Of a DNA stretch of 34,905 bases, positions 1 through 9,209 are shown piece by piece (position 1 is the stretch's first letter; the number at the start of each line of letters is the position of its first letter). The DNA comes from Candidatus Geocrenenecus huangii. GTDB lineage: Archaea > Thermoproteota > Nitrososphaeria_A > Caldarchaeales > Wolframiiraptoraceae. The stretch is taken from assembly GCA_023254095.1 (NCBI GenBank), contig JALNLM010000001.1:205660-240564 (forward strand), given 5' to 3'. Made by a program: the position numbers and the translations under genes. Under the pieces are notes generated by a model. That model made no database searches. It worked only from the letters and a program-made list of their open reading frames with translations, and had not been told where the DNA came from.

Positions 1-26
1 GTAGTGTAGAGGAGGTTCTCTTCGAG

Positions 27-188
27 GTGAAGCATAAGCCGCCCAAAGAAAGAAAGTTTGGTAAAGGCGTAGTAAAATGTAGACGATGTGGAACGACAGT
101 GGGGGTTATACGCAAGTATAAACTCTATCTCTGCAGGAGATGTTTAAATGAAGTAGCACCAAGTCTAGGATTCAAAGTTTACGAGTAA
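27..188 (+). CDS. rps14: 30S ribosomal protein S14 (uS14, Zn-binding type); not in the supplied ORF track
   Basis: Manual translation from GTG at 27: MKHKPPKERKFGKGVVKCRRCGTTVGVIRKYKLYLCRRCLNEVAPSLGFKVYE*. It has two CxxC motifs, GGAGGT at 11-16 upstream, and the canonical position before S8. Confidence 0.95.
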   Translation: MKHKPPKERKFGKGVVKCRRCGTTVGVIRKYKLYLCRRCLNEVAPSLGFKVYE

Positions 189-376
189 ATATATCTCTTG
201 ACGACACCCTATCTAGATATCTCGAAAAAAGCATGGGCGAGAAATTTCTTTAGACTCTTTATAGGTTTAGATGCTATACAAGTCAAGGTGAAATTTAACT
301 TATCCTACGCTTAAAGTTCTCAGCAGCGAATAATTAATTAAATAGTATTGTTATTTGCTGGTTTAGGATTGACGAG

Positions 377-763
377 ATGAGTAGGGACTTGGTTTCAGGG
401 CTTTTCACAACGTTGCAGAATAATGAAGCTGTAAGGAATAGAGAGTGTATCTACCCTGCTAGTAAGCTTATAGCGAACATTCTTAGAGTCCTTCAAAGAC
501 ATGGCTATGTAGGAGCATTCGAGTATATTGAAGATGGTAGAGGTGGAAAATTTAGAATACAGCTACTAGGAAGGATTAATCGTTCAGCCCCAGTTAAACC
601 TAGGTTTAGTGTAAAGAAGGATGAATACGACGAATGGGAGAAAAAGTTTCTTCCAAGTCGGGATATCGGCATACTAATCGTATCAACAAATAAAGGAGTA
701 TTCTCCCATATTGAGGCTAAGAAGATGAGTATAGGTGGAAAACTATTAGGATATGTCTACTGA
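377..763 (+). CDS. rps8: 30S ribosomal protein S8 (uS8)
   Basis: PASKLI, GYVGAFEYIEDGRGGKF, STNKGV and GGKLLGYVY motifs; operon position. Confidence 0.97.
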   Translation: MSRDLVSGLFTTLQNNEAVRNRECIYPASKLIANILRVLQRHGYVGAFEYIEDGRGGKFRIQLLGRINRSAPVKPRFSVKKDEYDEWEKKFLPSRDIGILIVSTNKGVFSHIEAKKMSIGGKLLGYVY

Positions 764-778
764 AGGTGATGTGGAGAG

Positions 779-1324
779 ATGTCTCAAGTAGTTGAAGAAG
801 TAGAAATCCCGGAAGGAGTACAGGTAGAGATCAATAGTCCAGCAACAATAAGAGTGAGAGGGAGGCTTGGAGAATTGGTCAATGACCTCTCTCACACCGG
901 AGCCAAGTTCAAGCTGGATGGGAAGAAAATCATTATTAAGTTTATGGGAAAAAGAAGAAGGGCCAAGTCCATGATTGGAACAATCACCTCCTTATTAGAG
1001 AACATGTTCAAAGGCGTTACCCAAGGATACACTTATAAGCTCAAGATAGTCTCCACCCATTTCCCTATAAACGTTAAGGTTCAGAAAGACGTCGTGATTA
1101 TAGAAAACTTCATTGGAGAAAGATATCAGAGGAAAGCGAGGATAGTCGGTGAAGGAACAAAGGTTAAGGTTCAAGGGGAAGACATAATCATAACTGGAAT
1201 AGATAAACAAGCAGTAGGACAGACCGCAGCCAACATAGAGGCAGCAACGAAGATTAAGAGAAAAGACTTAAGAAAATTCCTTGATGGTATTTATCTATTT
1301 GAAAGGAAGGTTGGTATGGAATGA
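779..1324 (+). CDS. rpl6: 50S ribosomal protein L6 (uL6)
   Basis: IPEGV, HFPI, ENFIGE, VGQTAANIE and RKFLDGIY motifs. Confidence 0.97.
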   Translation: MSQVVEEVEIPEGVQVEINSPATIRVRGRLGELVNDLSHTGAKFKLDGKKIIIKFMGKRRRAKSMIGTITSLLENMFKGVTQGYTYKLKIVSTHFPINVKVQKDVVIIENFIGERYQRKARIVGEGTKVKVQGEDIIITGIDKQAVGQTAANIEAATKIKRKDLRKFLDGIYLFERKVGME

Positions 1325-1794
1325 GCCCTGTAAGGATTCCTAGGAAGATAAAAGAAATGAAGAATAAACGTCCAGAGTTTGCCCGTCAAGAGAGTTGGAG
1401 ATATGCTCGATTAAAACCTAACTGGAGGAGACCTAGAGGCAAGGATAGTAAGATGAGACTCCAGAAAAGTGGAGCCCCTCAACTTGTAAAAGTAGGATAT
1501 AGAACTCCTAGAAAATACAGGAACATCCATCCAAGCGGATATATGGAGGTCCTCGTCCATAGAGTTGGAGACCTTGAAGGTCTAGACCCTGGAAGACATG
1601 CTGTAAGAATTGCGGGCTCAGTAGGTAGACTAAAGAAGTTCAAGATAATGGAGGAGGCTGAGAAGAAGGGGTTGAAGGTATTGAATCCGATAACTATAAC
1701 AGTGCCCGAAGCGGAGAAGCCTGAGATAATACCACCTGAAGAAGTTAAGGAAGAAGGCGGAGAAAGTGGAGAGGTGGAAGGGAATGCCGGCTAA
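1321..1794 (+). CDS. rpl32e: 50S ribosomal protein L32e with acidic C-terminal extension
   Basis: FARQESWRY, NWRRPRGKDSKMR, VGYRTP and HPSG motifs; ATGA overlap with rpl6. Confidence 0.95.
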   Translation: MSPVRIPRKIKEMKNKRPEFARQESWRYARLKPNWRRPRGKDSKMRLQKSGAPQLVKVGYRTPRKYRNIHPSGYMEVLVHRVGDLEGLDPGRHAVRIAGSVGRLKKFKIMEEAEKKGLKVLNPITITVPEAEKPEIIPPEEVKEEGGESGEVEGNAG

Positions 1795-2239
1795 GCTAGA
1801 TCTTCAAAAAAGAATCGCTGCTAAATTGATGAAATGTGGTGAGACAAGGGTTAGATTTGATCCTGAGAGACTGGATGACGTCGCCGAGGCAATAACTAGA
1901 GAAGATATAAAGAAATTAATTGAGGATGGGGCAATCTACAAAGTCCAGGCGATAGGTGTAAGCAGGGTAAGAGCGAGAAAAAGAGAAGAGAAAGAAAGAG
2001 TCAGAGGTCATGGAAGCAGAAAAGGTGGAAGATATAGTAGAGTTACGAGAAAAGAAAGATGGATGTTGAAGGTCAGAGTTCAGAGGAAGAAGCTGAAGCA
2101 GCTGAGAGAGAAGAAGCTTATCGACGCTTCAACTTATAGGAGAGTCTACAGGATGGTTAAGGCCGGAGCATTCAAGTCTGTATCTGACCTGATAAGCTAC
2201 TTGGAGGCAAACAGGCTGATCAGGAGGCCGCTCATATGA
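1784..2239 (+). CDS. rpl19e: 50S ribosomal protein L19e
   Basis: LQKRIAAKLMKCG, AITREDI, RGHGSRKG and WMLKVRVQR motifs. Start moved to ATG 1784 because GAGGTG lies at 1771-1776. Confidence 0.95.
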   Translation: MPAKLDLQKRIAAKLMKCGETRVRFDPERLDDVAEAITREDIKKLIEDGAIYKVQAIGVSRVRARKREEKERVRGHGSRKGGRYSRVTRKERWMLKVRVQRKKLKQLREKKLIDASTYRRVYRMVKAGAFKSVSDLISYLEANRLIRRPLI

Positions 2240-2826
2240 GCCAGATGAAGATCTTGAAGAGGAGACCTCCGCGGAGAAGGAGAGGAGGACTTACAAACTA
2301 TAGAATACGTCTAAAACTTGTCAAATCTGGTCTTCCTAGACTGGTTGTTAGGAAGAGCAGCAGGTATATAACAGTACAAGTAGTTGATTCTAGAGCAGGT
2401 GGAGATAGAACGATTCTAACAGTTAGTTCTAGACATCTCTCACGTTATGGTTGGAGAGCTAGTACCAAAAATCTTCCAGCCGCATATCTTACAGGATTTC
2501 TAGCAGGCATTGTAGCTAAGAAGAAAGGTATCCAGAAAGCAATAGTCGATATAGGTCTATATACGCCTGTATCTGGTTCGAGGCTCTTCGCATCTATTAA
2601 AGGATTTAGAGATGCTGGGGTAGAGGTTCCTGTAAGCGAAGAAAAACTACCTAGCGAAGATAGAGTAAAAGGTGGCCACATTCAGGAGTACTATCAGATG
2701 ATTAAGGAACAGAATGTTGAGACACAGCAATTTTCAAAATCTCCTATGGAAATCTATAATAGGTTAAGTGAACATTTCGAAGAAGTTAGACAAAGGATAG
2801 TAGAAGAGTGGGAGAAACATGAGTAG
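2236..2826 (+). CDS. rpl18: 50S ribosomal protein L18 (uL18)
   Basis: [24 protein letters not shown] and NLPAAYLTG motifs. Confidence 0.96.
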   Translation: MSQMKILKRRPPRRRRGGLTNYRIRLKLVKSGLPRLVVRKSSRYITVQVVDSRAGGDRTILTVSSRHLSRYGWRASTKNLPAAYLTGFLAGIVAKKKGIQKAIVDIGLYTPVSGSRLFASIKGFRDAGVEVPVSEEKLPSEDRVKGGHIQEYYQMIKEQNVETQQFSKSPMEIYNRLSEHFEEVRQRIVEEWEKHE

Positions 2827-3442
2827 TCCAAGTGAGTGGGTTCCCAAGACAAGGCTTGGGAGAATGGTGGCCCAGGGACAGATAACATCAATAGATGAGG
2901 TGTTTGCTAATCATTGGAAGATAACAGAACCTGAAATTGTTGATGCGCTACTGCCTGGTCTAGAGCAAGAAGTCATAGATATAAAGCTTGTACAGAAGCA
3001 GACAGACGCAGGTGAAAGAAGCAGATTTAAAGCGATTGTGGTTATAGGTAATAGGGATGGCTACGTTGGGCTGGGAACAGGGAAATCAGTCCACGTAGTC
3101 TCAGCGATCGAGAAAGCGATAAAGAATGCCAAGATGAATATTATCCCAGTCGTTAGGGGATGTGGAAGCTGGGAATGCTCCTGTGGTACCGAGCATAGTC
3201 TACCAACCAAGGTTGAGGGAAAATGGGGAAGCGTAAGAATACAGCTTTTACCAGGTCCTAGAGGTCTAGGACTTGTAGCAGGAGAAACAGCCAGAATAGT
3301 TTTAGAACTAGCAGGCGTGAAAGATGTCTGGACTAGAACGTTTGGAGAGACTAGGACGACACTATCTTTCGCAGGAGCGGCATTTATGGCCTTAAAGAAT
3401 ACTAACAAGATAGTCTTACCAACTATATGGAGGGAAACATAG
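2819..3442 (+). CDS. rps5: 30S ribosomal protein S5 (uS5)
   Basis: [28 protein letters not shown] and PRGLGLVAG motifs. Confidence 0.97.
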   Translation: MSSPSEWVPKTRLGRMVAQGQITSIDEVFANHWKITEPEIVDALLPGLEQEVIDIKLVQKQTDAGERSRFKAIVVIGNRDGYVGLGTGKSVHVVSAIEKAIKNAKMNIIPVVRGCGSWECSCGTEHSLPTKVEGKWGSVRIQLLPGPRGLGLVAGETARIVLELAGVKDVWTRTFGETRTTLSFAGAAFMALKNTNKIVLPTIWRET

Positions 3443-3604
3443 AAAAACCCTAAAACAGATCTTCTCCCACGACCAGACGATATCACAATATCGGAGTATC
3501 CTCTTTATACATATACACTGATATTTAGGCGTAGTTACGCTTCTTTAATGAAATTTATTAGAAACTTAATCTGTTTAGCAGTAGAAGCTCTGGGATGATA
3601 AACC

Positions 3605-4093
3605 ATGACTGTGAACGGTAATGCGGGATGCTACCTCGTTATCAGGATTAAGGGGGGGATAAAAGCCAGCCAAGAAGAACTCGACACTCTTAGAATGCTT
3701 AACCTACCTAGAGCAAATTATGCAGTATTCATTCCGAAAGACTCTAGCTTTGAGGGGATGCTGAAGAAGATTGCACATTATGTTACTTGGGGGGAGCCGA
3801 CACCAGCAACTGTGAAAAGACTTTTGAAAAGAGCTGAGTTCAATGGAAGAATTAAACTAGGAGATGAAAACATCTCTAGGCTGGGTTACAGTAGCTTAGA
3901 AGAACTAGCTGAGAAAATATTTAGAGGAGAAGTAACATTAAGCAAGTTGAGGAATAAAGGTCTTAAACCTTATCTTAGACTACACCCACCTAAGAGGGGA
4001 TTCAAGAAGACCATTAAGAAACCATTCTCCGCAGAAGGAGAATACGGATACCGTGGAGAAAATATTAATGAACTCGCAGTTAGGATGTCTTAA
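3605..4093 (+). CDS. rpl30: 50S ribosomal protein L30 (uL30, long archaeal form)
   Basis: TLRMLNL, YVTWGE, RLHPPKRGF and GEYGYRGENINEL motifs. Confidence 0.95.
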   Translation: MTVNGNAGCYLVIRIKGGIKASQEELDTLRMLNLPRANYAVFIPKDSSFEGMLKKIAHYVTWGEPTPATVKRLLKRAEFNGRIKLGDENISRLGYSSLEELAEKIFRGEVTLSKLRNKGLKPYLRLHPPKRGFKKTIKKPFSAEGEYGYRGENINELAVRMS

Positions 4094-4155
4094 GGATGGT
4101 TTAAAGTATTTGAAATTCTTATTAATTGCTGAGAATGTCTACAGGGTGAGAATAG

Positions 4156-4599
4156 TTGCCGACGAGGTTCAGGAAAGTTAGGAAGAAGAGAGGTAGCAGG
4201 ACTCACGGCTGGGGCCAGATAGGTCAGCATAGAAAGACTGGATCGAAAGGTGGACGCGGAGAAGCTGGAAAACATAAACACAAGTGGACATGGGTACTTA
4301 GATATGACAGAGATCGCTTCGGGAAACATGGATTCTATAGACCGAATAGAAAAGAGGTCAGGTCTATAAACCTTCTTCAATTGGCGACAGTCGTCGAAAA
4401 TTTGGAAGAAGATATGTTGAAGACTTTAGATAACAGGATTGTTGTAGACTTACATTCATTGGGCGTTAAGAAATTAATTGGGGGTGGAAGAGTAAGCAAA
4501 CCACTGCTTGTAATCGTAGAGGCTTGGACCAAGACAGCTGAAGAAAAAATCAAAGAAGCTGGAGGACAGATAGTTAAACCGAAAGAGGTAAAGGTGTAA
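4156..4599 (+). CDS. rpl15: 50S ribosomal protein L15 (uL15)
   Basis: RGSRTHGWG, GGRGEAG, FGKHGF and AEEKIKEAGG motifs; TTG start with GGTGA upstream. Confidence 0.96.
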   Translation: MPTRFRKVRKKRGSRTHGWGQIGQHRKTGSKGGRGEAGKHKHKWTWVLRYDRDRFGKHGFYRPNRKEVRSINLLQLATVVENLEEDMLKTLDNRIVVDLHSLGVKKLIGGGRVSKPLLVIVEAWTKTAEEKIKEAGGQIVKPKEVKV

Positions 4600-4603
4600 A
4601 AGA

Positions 4604-6037
4604 TTGCCGAGTGCAAAGGAAATAGTTAAAGAGGTTGGAAGATACTTCCCCGAAATTATGAAACCTACTAGAAAACTTAGCTTAGGAGAAAGGTTTCTCT
4701 GGACCGGGCTAGTGCTCGTAATATATGTATTGATGAGTCACACGTTTCTCTATGGTGTACCACAGGCTGCCAAACTCTCACAGCAAAACCCAATCATCCT
4801 TAACATAATATTCGCGCAACGTATGGGAACCCTAACAACCTTAGGTATAGGTCCAATCGTTACATCAGGTTTAATACTACAGCTACTAGTAGGTGCACAG
4901 ATAATAAAACTTGATTTATCTAAATCCGATGATAGAGCAGTATTCACAGCGGCGAGCAAGATATTTGCAGTGGTTGTAACAGTGTTTGAGGCGGCTGTAT
5001 TTACTTTTTCTGGAATGCTTGGACAAATGGATTTCAATACATACATACTTGTGTTTCTACAGCTTGTCGCAGCCACAACTTTGATAGTATTGATGGATGA
5101 GCTTGTACAGAAGGGATGGGGTCTAGGAAGCGGTGTAAGCTTATTTATAGCTGTTGGAGTAGCTGAAAACATCATCGTAAGCTTATTCTCACCAATAATA
5201 CTCCCCGACGGATACTATCAAGGAATAATTCTAGCATTAATTCAAGCAGCTCTCTCAGGGAGGCCTATCTCGCCTCTACTAGTTAGAGGACAGTTCCCAG
5301 ATGTTCTAGGATTAGCTAGTACGTTTCTATTATTATTCTTCATAATATACTTGGAAGCTGTCAGAGTCGAAGTCCCAATACAGTATGCAAGATACTCAGG
5401 TTTCGCAGCAAAATATCCAATCAAGTTCCTATATGTTTCAAACATACCCGTTATCTTCGCATCAACAGTGTTTACGAATATCTACTATCTTTCGGGTATA
5501 GTTTGGAGTAGATTCAACCCAGATAATAGTAATCCATTCTTAAACTTAATCGGCATGTTTAACTCCACACGTTATCTTGAAGATAGAATTTTAACGCCGG
5601 TAGGTGGCTTAGCATACTATGTTACTTCACCTTACAATATCTATGGAGTATTGCATGATCCCGTCAAGGCACTAATATATGCTTTGATAATGATCGGCTT
5701 CTGCCTACTCTTCGCTAAGTTCTGGGTAGACATTGGCGGGTTGTCCCCAACACAAGTTGCAGATCAGCTTGTTAAGGCAGGTATGCAAGTTCCAGGGTTT
5801 AGACGTGCACCAACCGTTATTGCCAAGATAATCGAGAAATACATCTCTACTGTGACTATTCTCGGAGCTCTAGTAGTTGGATCAGTAGCAGTCTTCGGAG
5901 ACTTCTTCAATGTATTTGGTGGAGGCATAGGTATCCTCCTGATGACTGGAATCCTATACCAATACTATCAGATACTAGTGAGGGAAAGATTGACGGAGAT
6001 GTATCCGGCCATAGGAAAACTACTTGGGGAAGAATAA
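4604..6037 (+). CDS. secY: Preprotein translocase subunit SecY (Sec61 alpha)
   Basis: About 10 hydrophobic segments; LGIGPIVTSGLILQLL, KGWGLGSGVSLFI, YPIKFLYVSNIPVIF and GMQVPGFRR motifs; TTG start. Confidence 0.97.
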   Translation: MPSAKEIVKEVGRYFPEIMKPTRKLSLGERFLWTGLVLVIYVLMSHTFLYGVPQAAKLSQQNPIILNIIFAQRMGTLTTLGIGPIVTSGLILQLLVGAQIIKLDLSKSDDRAVFTAASKIFAVVVTVFEAAVFTFSGMLGQMDFNTYILVFLQLVAATTLIVLMDELVQKGWGLGSGVSLFIAVGVAENIIVSLFSPIILPDGYYQGIILALIQAALSGRPISPLLVRGQFPDVLGLASTFLLLFFIIYLEAVRVEVPIQYARYSGFAAKYPIKFLYVSNIPVIFASTVFTNIYYLSGIVWSRFNPDNSNPFLNLIGMFNSTRYLEDRILTPVGGLAYYVTSPYNIYGVLHDPVKALIYALIMIGFCLLFAKFWVDIGGLSPTQVADQLVKAGMQVPGFRRAPTVIAKIIEKYISTVTILGALVVGSVAVFGDFFNVFGGGIGILLMTGILYQYYQILVRERLTEMYPAIGKLLGEE

Positions 6038-6125
6038 CCACGAAAGTACTGACAATTTCTCTCCTACAGTATTGAATGTGAATATTATTTATTAAGCAGA
6101 ATGATGTCTTTGTAGAAAGGAGAAG

Positions 6126-6611
6126 ATGAATTCTCTTATTGAGATCTTCGCATTAGCTATTTTAGTAAGCATGGCCACAAATCTTATTCGAAGAAAATTT
6201 ATCAGTAAAGAAGATGCTCTGAAGATGGCTGAATCCCAACTATATAAGAAGAGTCTGCTGGAAGCAAAAAAGAGAGGAGATGAAAAACAAATCCAGAGAC
6301 TAATGAAGAAGCAAGAATACTATCAAAAGATAGATGCAGAGATAGCTAAGAAGAACATCATAACCCTCTTCGCAACTCTAGCCGTATTCTACCTAGCATA
6401 CATTCTCTTAGCACAAATCTATGGAAACGGTATTGTAGCTAACCTTCCAGCCGACTTGATAATCCCCTTAATCTCATCAGGAAACCAATTAACAGTTGCA
6501 GGATGGTTTATCATTTCTCTAATAGCAGTGGGATTACCTATATCGAAGATACTCGGTGTAGGGGGGCCACCTCAATTATCTAAAGAGGCTGAGAAGAAAA
6601 TTAAAGAATGA
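6126..6611 (+). CDS. EMC3/TMCO1 (DUF106, Oxa1 superfamily) membrane protein
   Basis: TM1, then a coiled coil (KKSLLEAKKRGDEKQIQRL), TM2 and TM3 (GWFII); conserved position between secY and rpl34e. Confidence 0.85.
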   Translation: MNSLIEIFALAILVSMATNLIRRKFISKEDALKMAESQLYKKSLLEAKKRGDEKQIQRLMKKQEYYQKIDAEIAKKNIITLFATLAVFYLAYILLAQIYGNGIVANLPADLIIPLISSGNQLTVAGWFIISLIAVGLPISKILGVGGPPQLSKEAEKKIKE

Positions 6612-6690
6612 GGCCTAACTAGACCCTTATCAGCATAGAGTTAGATTGAATAAAATAAAATAGTAGATTGAAAAAGTATGTTCTTAGAGT

Positions 6691-6960
6691 ATGAGGCGGA
6701 GTCTGAGAACTAGGTCGAGAAAGAAGAAACATGTACGGACTCCTGGCGGGAGGACTGTGACTCATTTTGAAGATGAGAAGAGAGGCTTTCATCATTGTGC
6801 AAAATGTGGAGCTACAATCCACGGCATACCTAGAGAAAGAGACTACAAGCTCTCCCATAGTGAAAGAACAGTAGAGAGATATTTTGGAGGAACGCTTTGC
6901 CAAAATTGTCTAGAACAATTAATTAAAGATAAAGTATATCTTGAATGGGTGAAAACCTAG
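6691..6960 (+). CDS. rpl34e: 50S ribosomal protein L34e
   Basis: VRTPGGR, CAKCG and RYFGGTLCQNC motifs. Confidence 0.95.
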   Translation: MRRSLRTRSRKKKHVRTPGGRTVTHFEDEKRGFHHCAKCGATIHGIPRERDYKLSHSERTVERYFGGTLCQNCLEQLIKDKVYLEWVKT

Positions 6961-6968
6961 AAGACAAA

Positions 6969-7556
6969 TTACTCATACGGAGAGGTGACCTTAAAGTACT
7001 CTTTTATAGCTTGGGCAACTATTCTATATACCCCTGTTATGCTCAGGTTACTTGTATCTAGTACTAGATGGAATGGAGTATAATCTTTCCCAATCTCAAC
7101 ACCATACAATCTCCTATATATTTCCGCGCTATCTTCATCCCTCTTCTTCAATATCTCTCTAGCTATCTCTGGCCTAACCTTGCTTCTTTTTACTAATCTC
7201 TTTACTCTAACGTCTTCAGACGCTTTCAACCATATATTGAATCCATGAGGGTATAGCCAGGGAATTATCCAGCTATCTATAACCACGTTCCCTTTTTCAG
7301 CATATTCTAGTAGTTTCTGGTCTACGAGTTTATCGAAGTCGGGATTCTTCATTCTCTCTTCTAGAAATTTTAATCCTTCATCTGTTTCCCACCAAGCTTT
7401 TCCGGCAGGTTTATAGCCTTTCTCTCTAGCGAGCAACTTTAATCCGTCTCCTCCCGAGAGATACTTTAGCAGGAAAAACCTTGCAAGCTTCTTCCCCAGA
7501 GTGCTTTTACCTGTTGCAGCGAATCCGCTTATACAGATGACTATCTTCTTCCCCAT
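6969..7556 (-). CDS. cmk: Cytidylate kinase, archaeal type (inverted relative to the operon)
   Basis: P-loop ISGFAATGKST, YLSGG, DKLVD, NVVIDS, IWLKAS, YRRLYG and LVLDTS motifs; usual slot between rpl34e and rpl14e. Confidence 0.88.
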   Translation of the reverse strand: MGKKIVICISGFAATGKSTLGKKLARFFLLKYLSGGDGLKLLAREKGYKPAGKAWWETDEGLKFLEERMKNPDFDKLVDQKLLEYAEKGNVVIDSWIIPWLYPHGFNIWLKASEDVRVKRLVKRSKVRPEIAREILKKRDEDSAEIYRRLYGVEIGKDYTPFHLVLDTSNLSITGVYRIVAQAIKEYFKVTSPYE

Positions 7557-7749
7557 ATATGTTAAAATTAACCACGAATATATTAGTATTCAAATAATCA
7601 CCACAATTTCAACATGGCTTCAAATACTAAATACTGCATATCCCTGCAGTGAGTTAAAGTCTAAGAGTATTTTAATAAGTTAACCTATATAGCTTTCATT
7701 AAATTCGAGTTGAAATAGTAGTAATGTTCTTCATAGTTAGGGGGATTAG

Positions 7750-8052
7750 ATGAAGGAGGAGATTGGTAGAATAGCAGTAAAGACAGCAGGTAGAGAAGCT
7801 TCTAGAAAATGTGTTATAGTCTCTATCGTCGATAAAAACTTTGTTCTCGTCACTGGACCGAAGACTCTGACAGGAGTGAGAAGGAGGAAGGTAAACATAT
7901 CCCACTTAGCTTTTACACCTTACAAGCTAGAGATAGAAGAGAATGCATCTGATGACGTAGTATTGAAGAAAATTGAGGAAGCAGGGCTTCTAGACTACAT
8001 GCGTCAACACGTTAGAATCCATCCGAAGGCTCTACCTCTATCTACTACATAG
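7750..8052 (+). CDS. rpl14e: 50S ribosomal protein L14e
   Basis: IGRIAVKTAGREA, FVLVTGPK and GVRRRKVNISHL motifs. Confidence 0.95.
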   Translation: MKEEIGRIAVKTAGREASRKCVIVSIVDKNFVLVTGPKTLTGVRRRKVNISHLAFTPYKLEIEENASDDVVLKKIEEAGLLDYMRQHVRIHPKALPLSTT

Positions 8053-8178
8053 CGATAAAGTAGGATCAGTTAATGAAGTCCTAGTTATAGGAATCTGCGA
8101 AAAGGCCAGGAACATCGATCTCTATATCTGTTGGCATAATTAATATTATTCTTGGGCTAATATTATCACCGGAGCAGG

Positions 8179-9195
8179 ATGAGTAAAAAGCTTAATCCTC
8201 CGTGGATGATTGAATCTAAGATTCTTGTAAGAGTCGAGGCTGAGACTAATCCATCCTTTGGTGAAGACCCATATAATAGACCTCTTAATAGGTATATAAA
8301 GCTTGGGGTCGTAAATCTCGATAAACCTAGAGGGCCAACAAGCCATGATACTGCTAGTAAAGTCAAGTCTCTAATAGGTGTGGAGAGGGCAGGGCATGGT
8401 GGAACGCTCGATCCAGCTGTTTCAGGTGTTCTACCAATCTTACTTGATGAGGCTACGAAATGTTCTAACGTAGTCATGAGCGGAGGAAAGGAATATGTAT
8501 GCGTTATGAAGCTTCATGGCGACGTATCTGACGAGGAACTTGAAGATGCTTTCAGAACTTTCACAGGAGACATATATCAGCTTCCTCCAGTAAGGTCTAG
8601 TGTAGCAAGGTCTGTGAGAGTTAGAACAATCTACAGCATAGACCTCCTTGAGCGAGATGGGAGATATGTTTTGATGAAGGTGGCATGCTCGGGTGGAACT
8701 TATATTAGGAAACTATGCTATGACATCGGCCTATATCTTGGTGTGGGTGCTCACATGCAAGAGCTGAGGAGGACAAGGGCTGGACCATTCACTGAAGAAA
8801 CAGCTATAACAATGTTGGACCTCTATGAGGCAGTAGAGAGATGGAAGAAAAATAACGATGAATCTATGTTGAGAAGGATTGTTAGACCTGTCGAAGAGAC
8901 TGTGAAACATGTACCTAAATTGTATCTTATGGATTCTGCTGTCGGAGCAGTATGTAATGGAGCTAACCTAGCGGTATCTGGGGTCTCCAAACTTGAAGAT
9001 AATGTTAGAAGAGGTAAGATGGTTGCGATGATGACGCTTAAAGGCGAACTCGTAGCACTTGGAATAAGTAGAATGAGCTCTGAAGAGATTATCGAGGCAG
9101 AAGAAGGTATAGCTGTAGACACTGAGAGGGTGATAATGAGCGTAAGCCTATATCCTCGTATATGGAAGCATAAAAAACATGAACCAGATAGGTAG
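8179..9195 (+). CDS. cbf5: H/ACA RNA-guided pseudouridine synthase Cbf5 (TruB family, PUA domain)
   Basis: LDKPRGPTSH, GHGGTLDP (catalytic Asp), YQLPP, GTYIRKL and MQELRRTR motifs; C-terminal PUA domain. Confidence 0.96.
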   Translation: MSKKLNPPWMIESKILVRVEAETNPSFGEDPYNRPLNRYIKLGVVNLDKPRGPTSHDTASKVKSLIGVERAGHGGTLDPAVSGVLPILLDEATKCSNVVMSGGKEYVCVMKLHGDVSDEELEDAFRTFTGDIYQLPPVRSSVARSVRVRTIYSIDLLERDGRYVLMKVACSGGTYIRKLCYDIGLYLGVGAHMQELRRTRAGPFTEETAITMLDLYEAVERWKKNNDESMLRRIVRPVEETVKHVPKLYLMDSAVGAVCNGANLAVSGVSKLEDNVRRGKMVAMMTLKGELVALGISRMSSEEIIEAEEGIAVDTERVIMSVSLYPRIWKHKKHEPDR

Positions 9196-9209
9196 AATAC
9201 ACCTAACTG

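Noticed and set aside
1-9. GTA GTG TAG as the 3' end of rpl5
   Set aside because: It fits the expected gene order, but three codons cannot support a call.
8179-9195. Possible intron in cbf5, as in some Crenarchaeota
   Set aside because: The ORF is continuous through all conserved motifs, with no insertion or frameshift.
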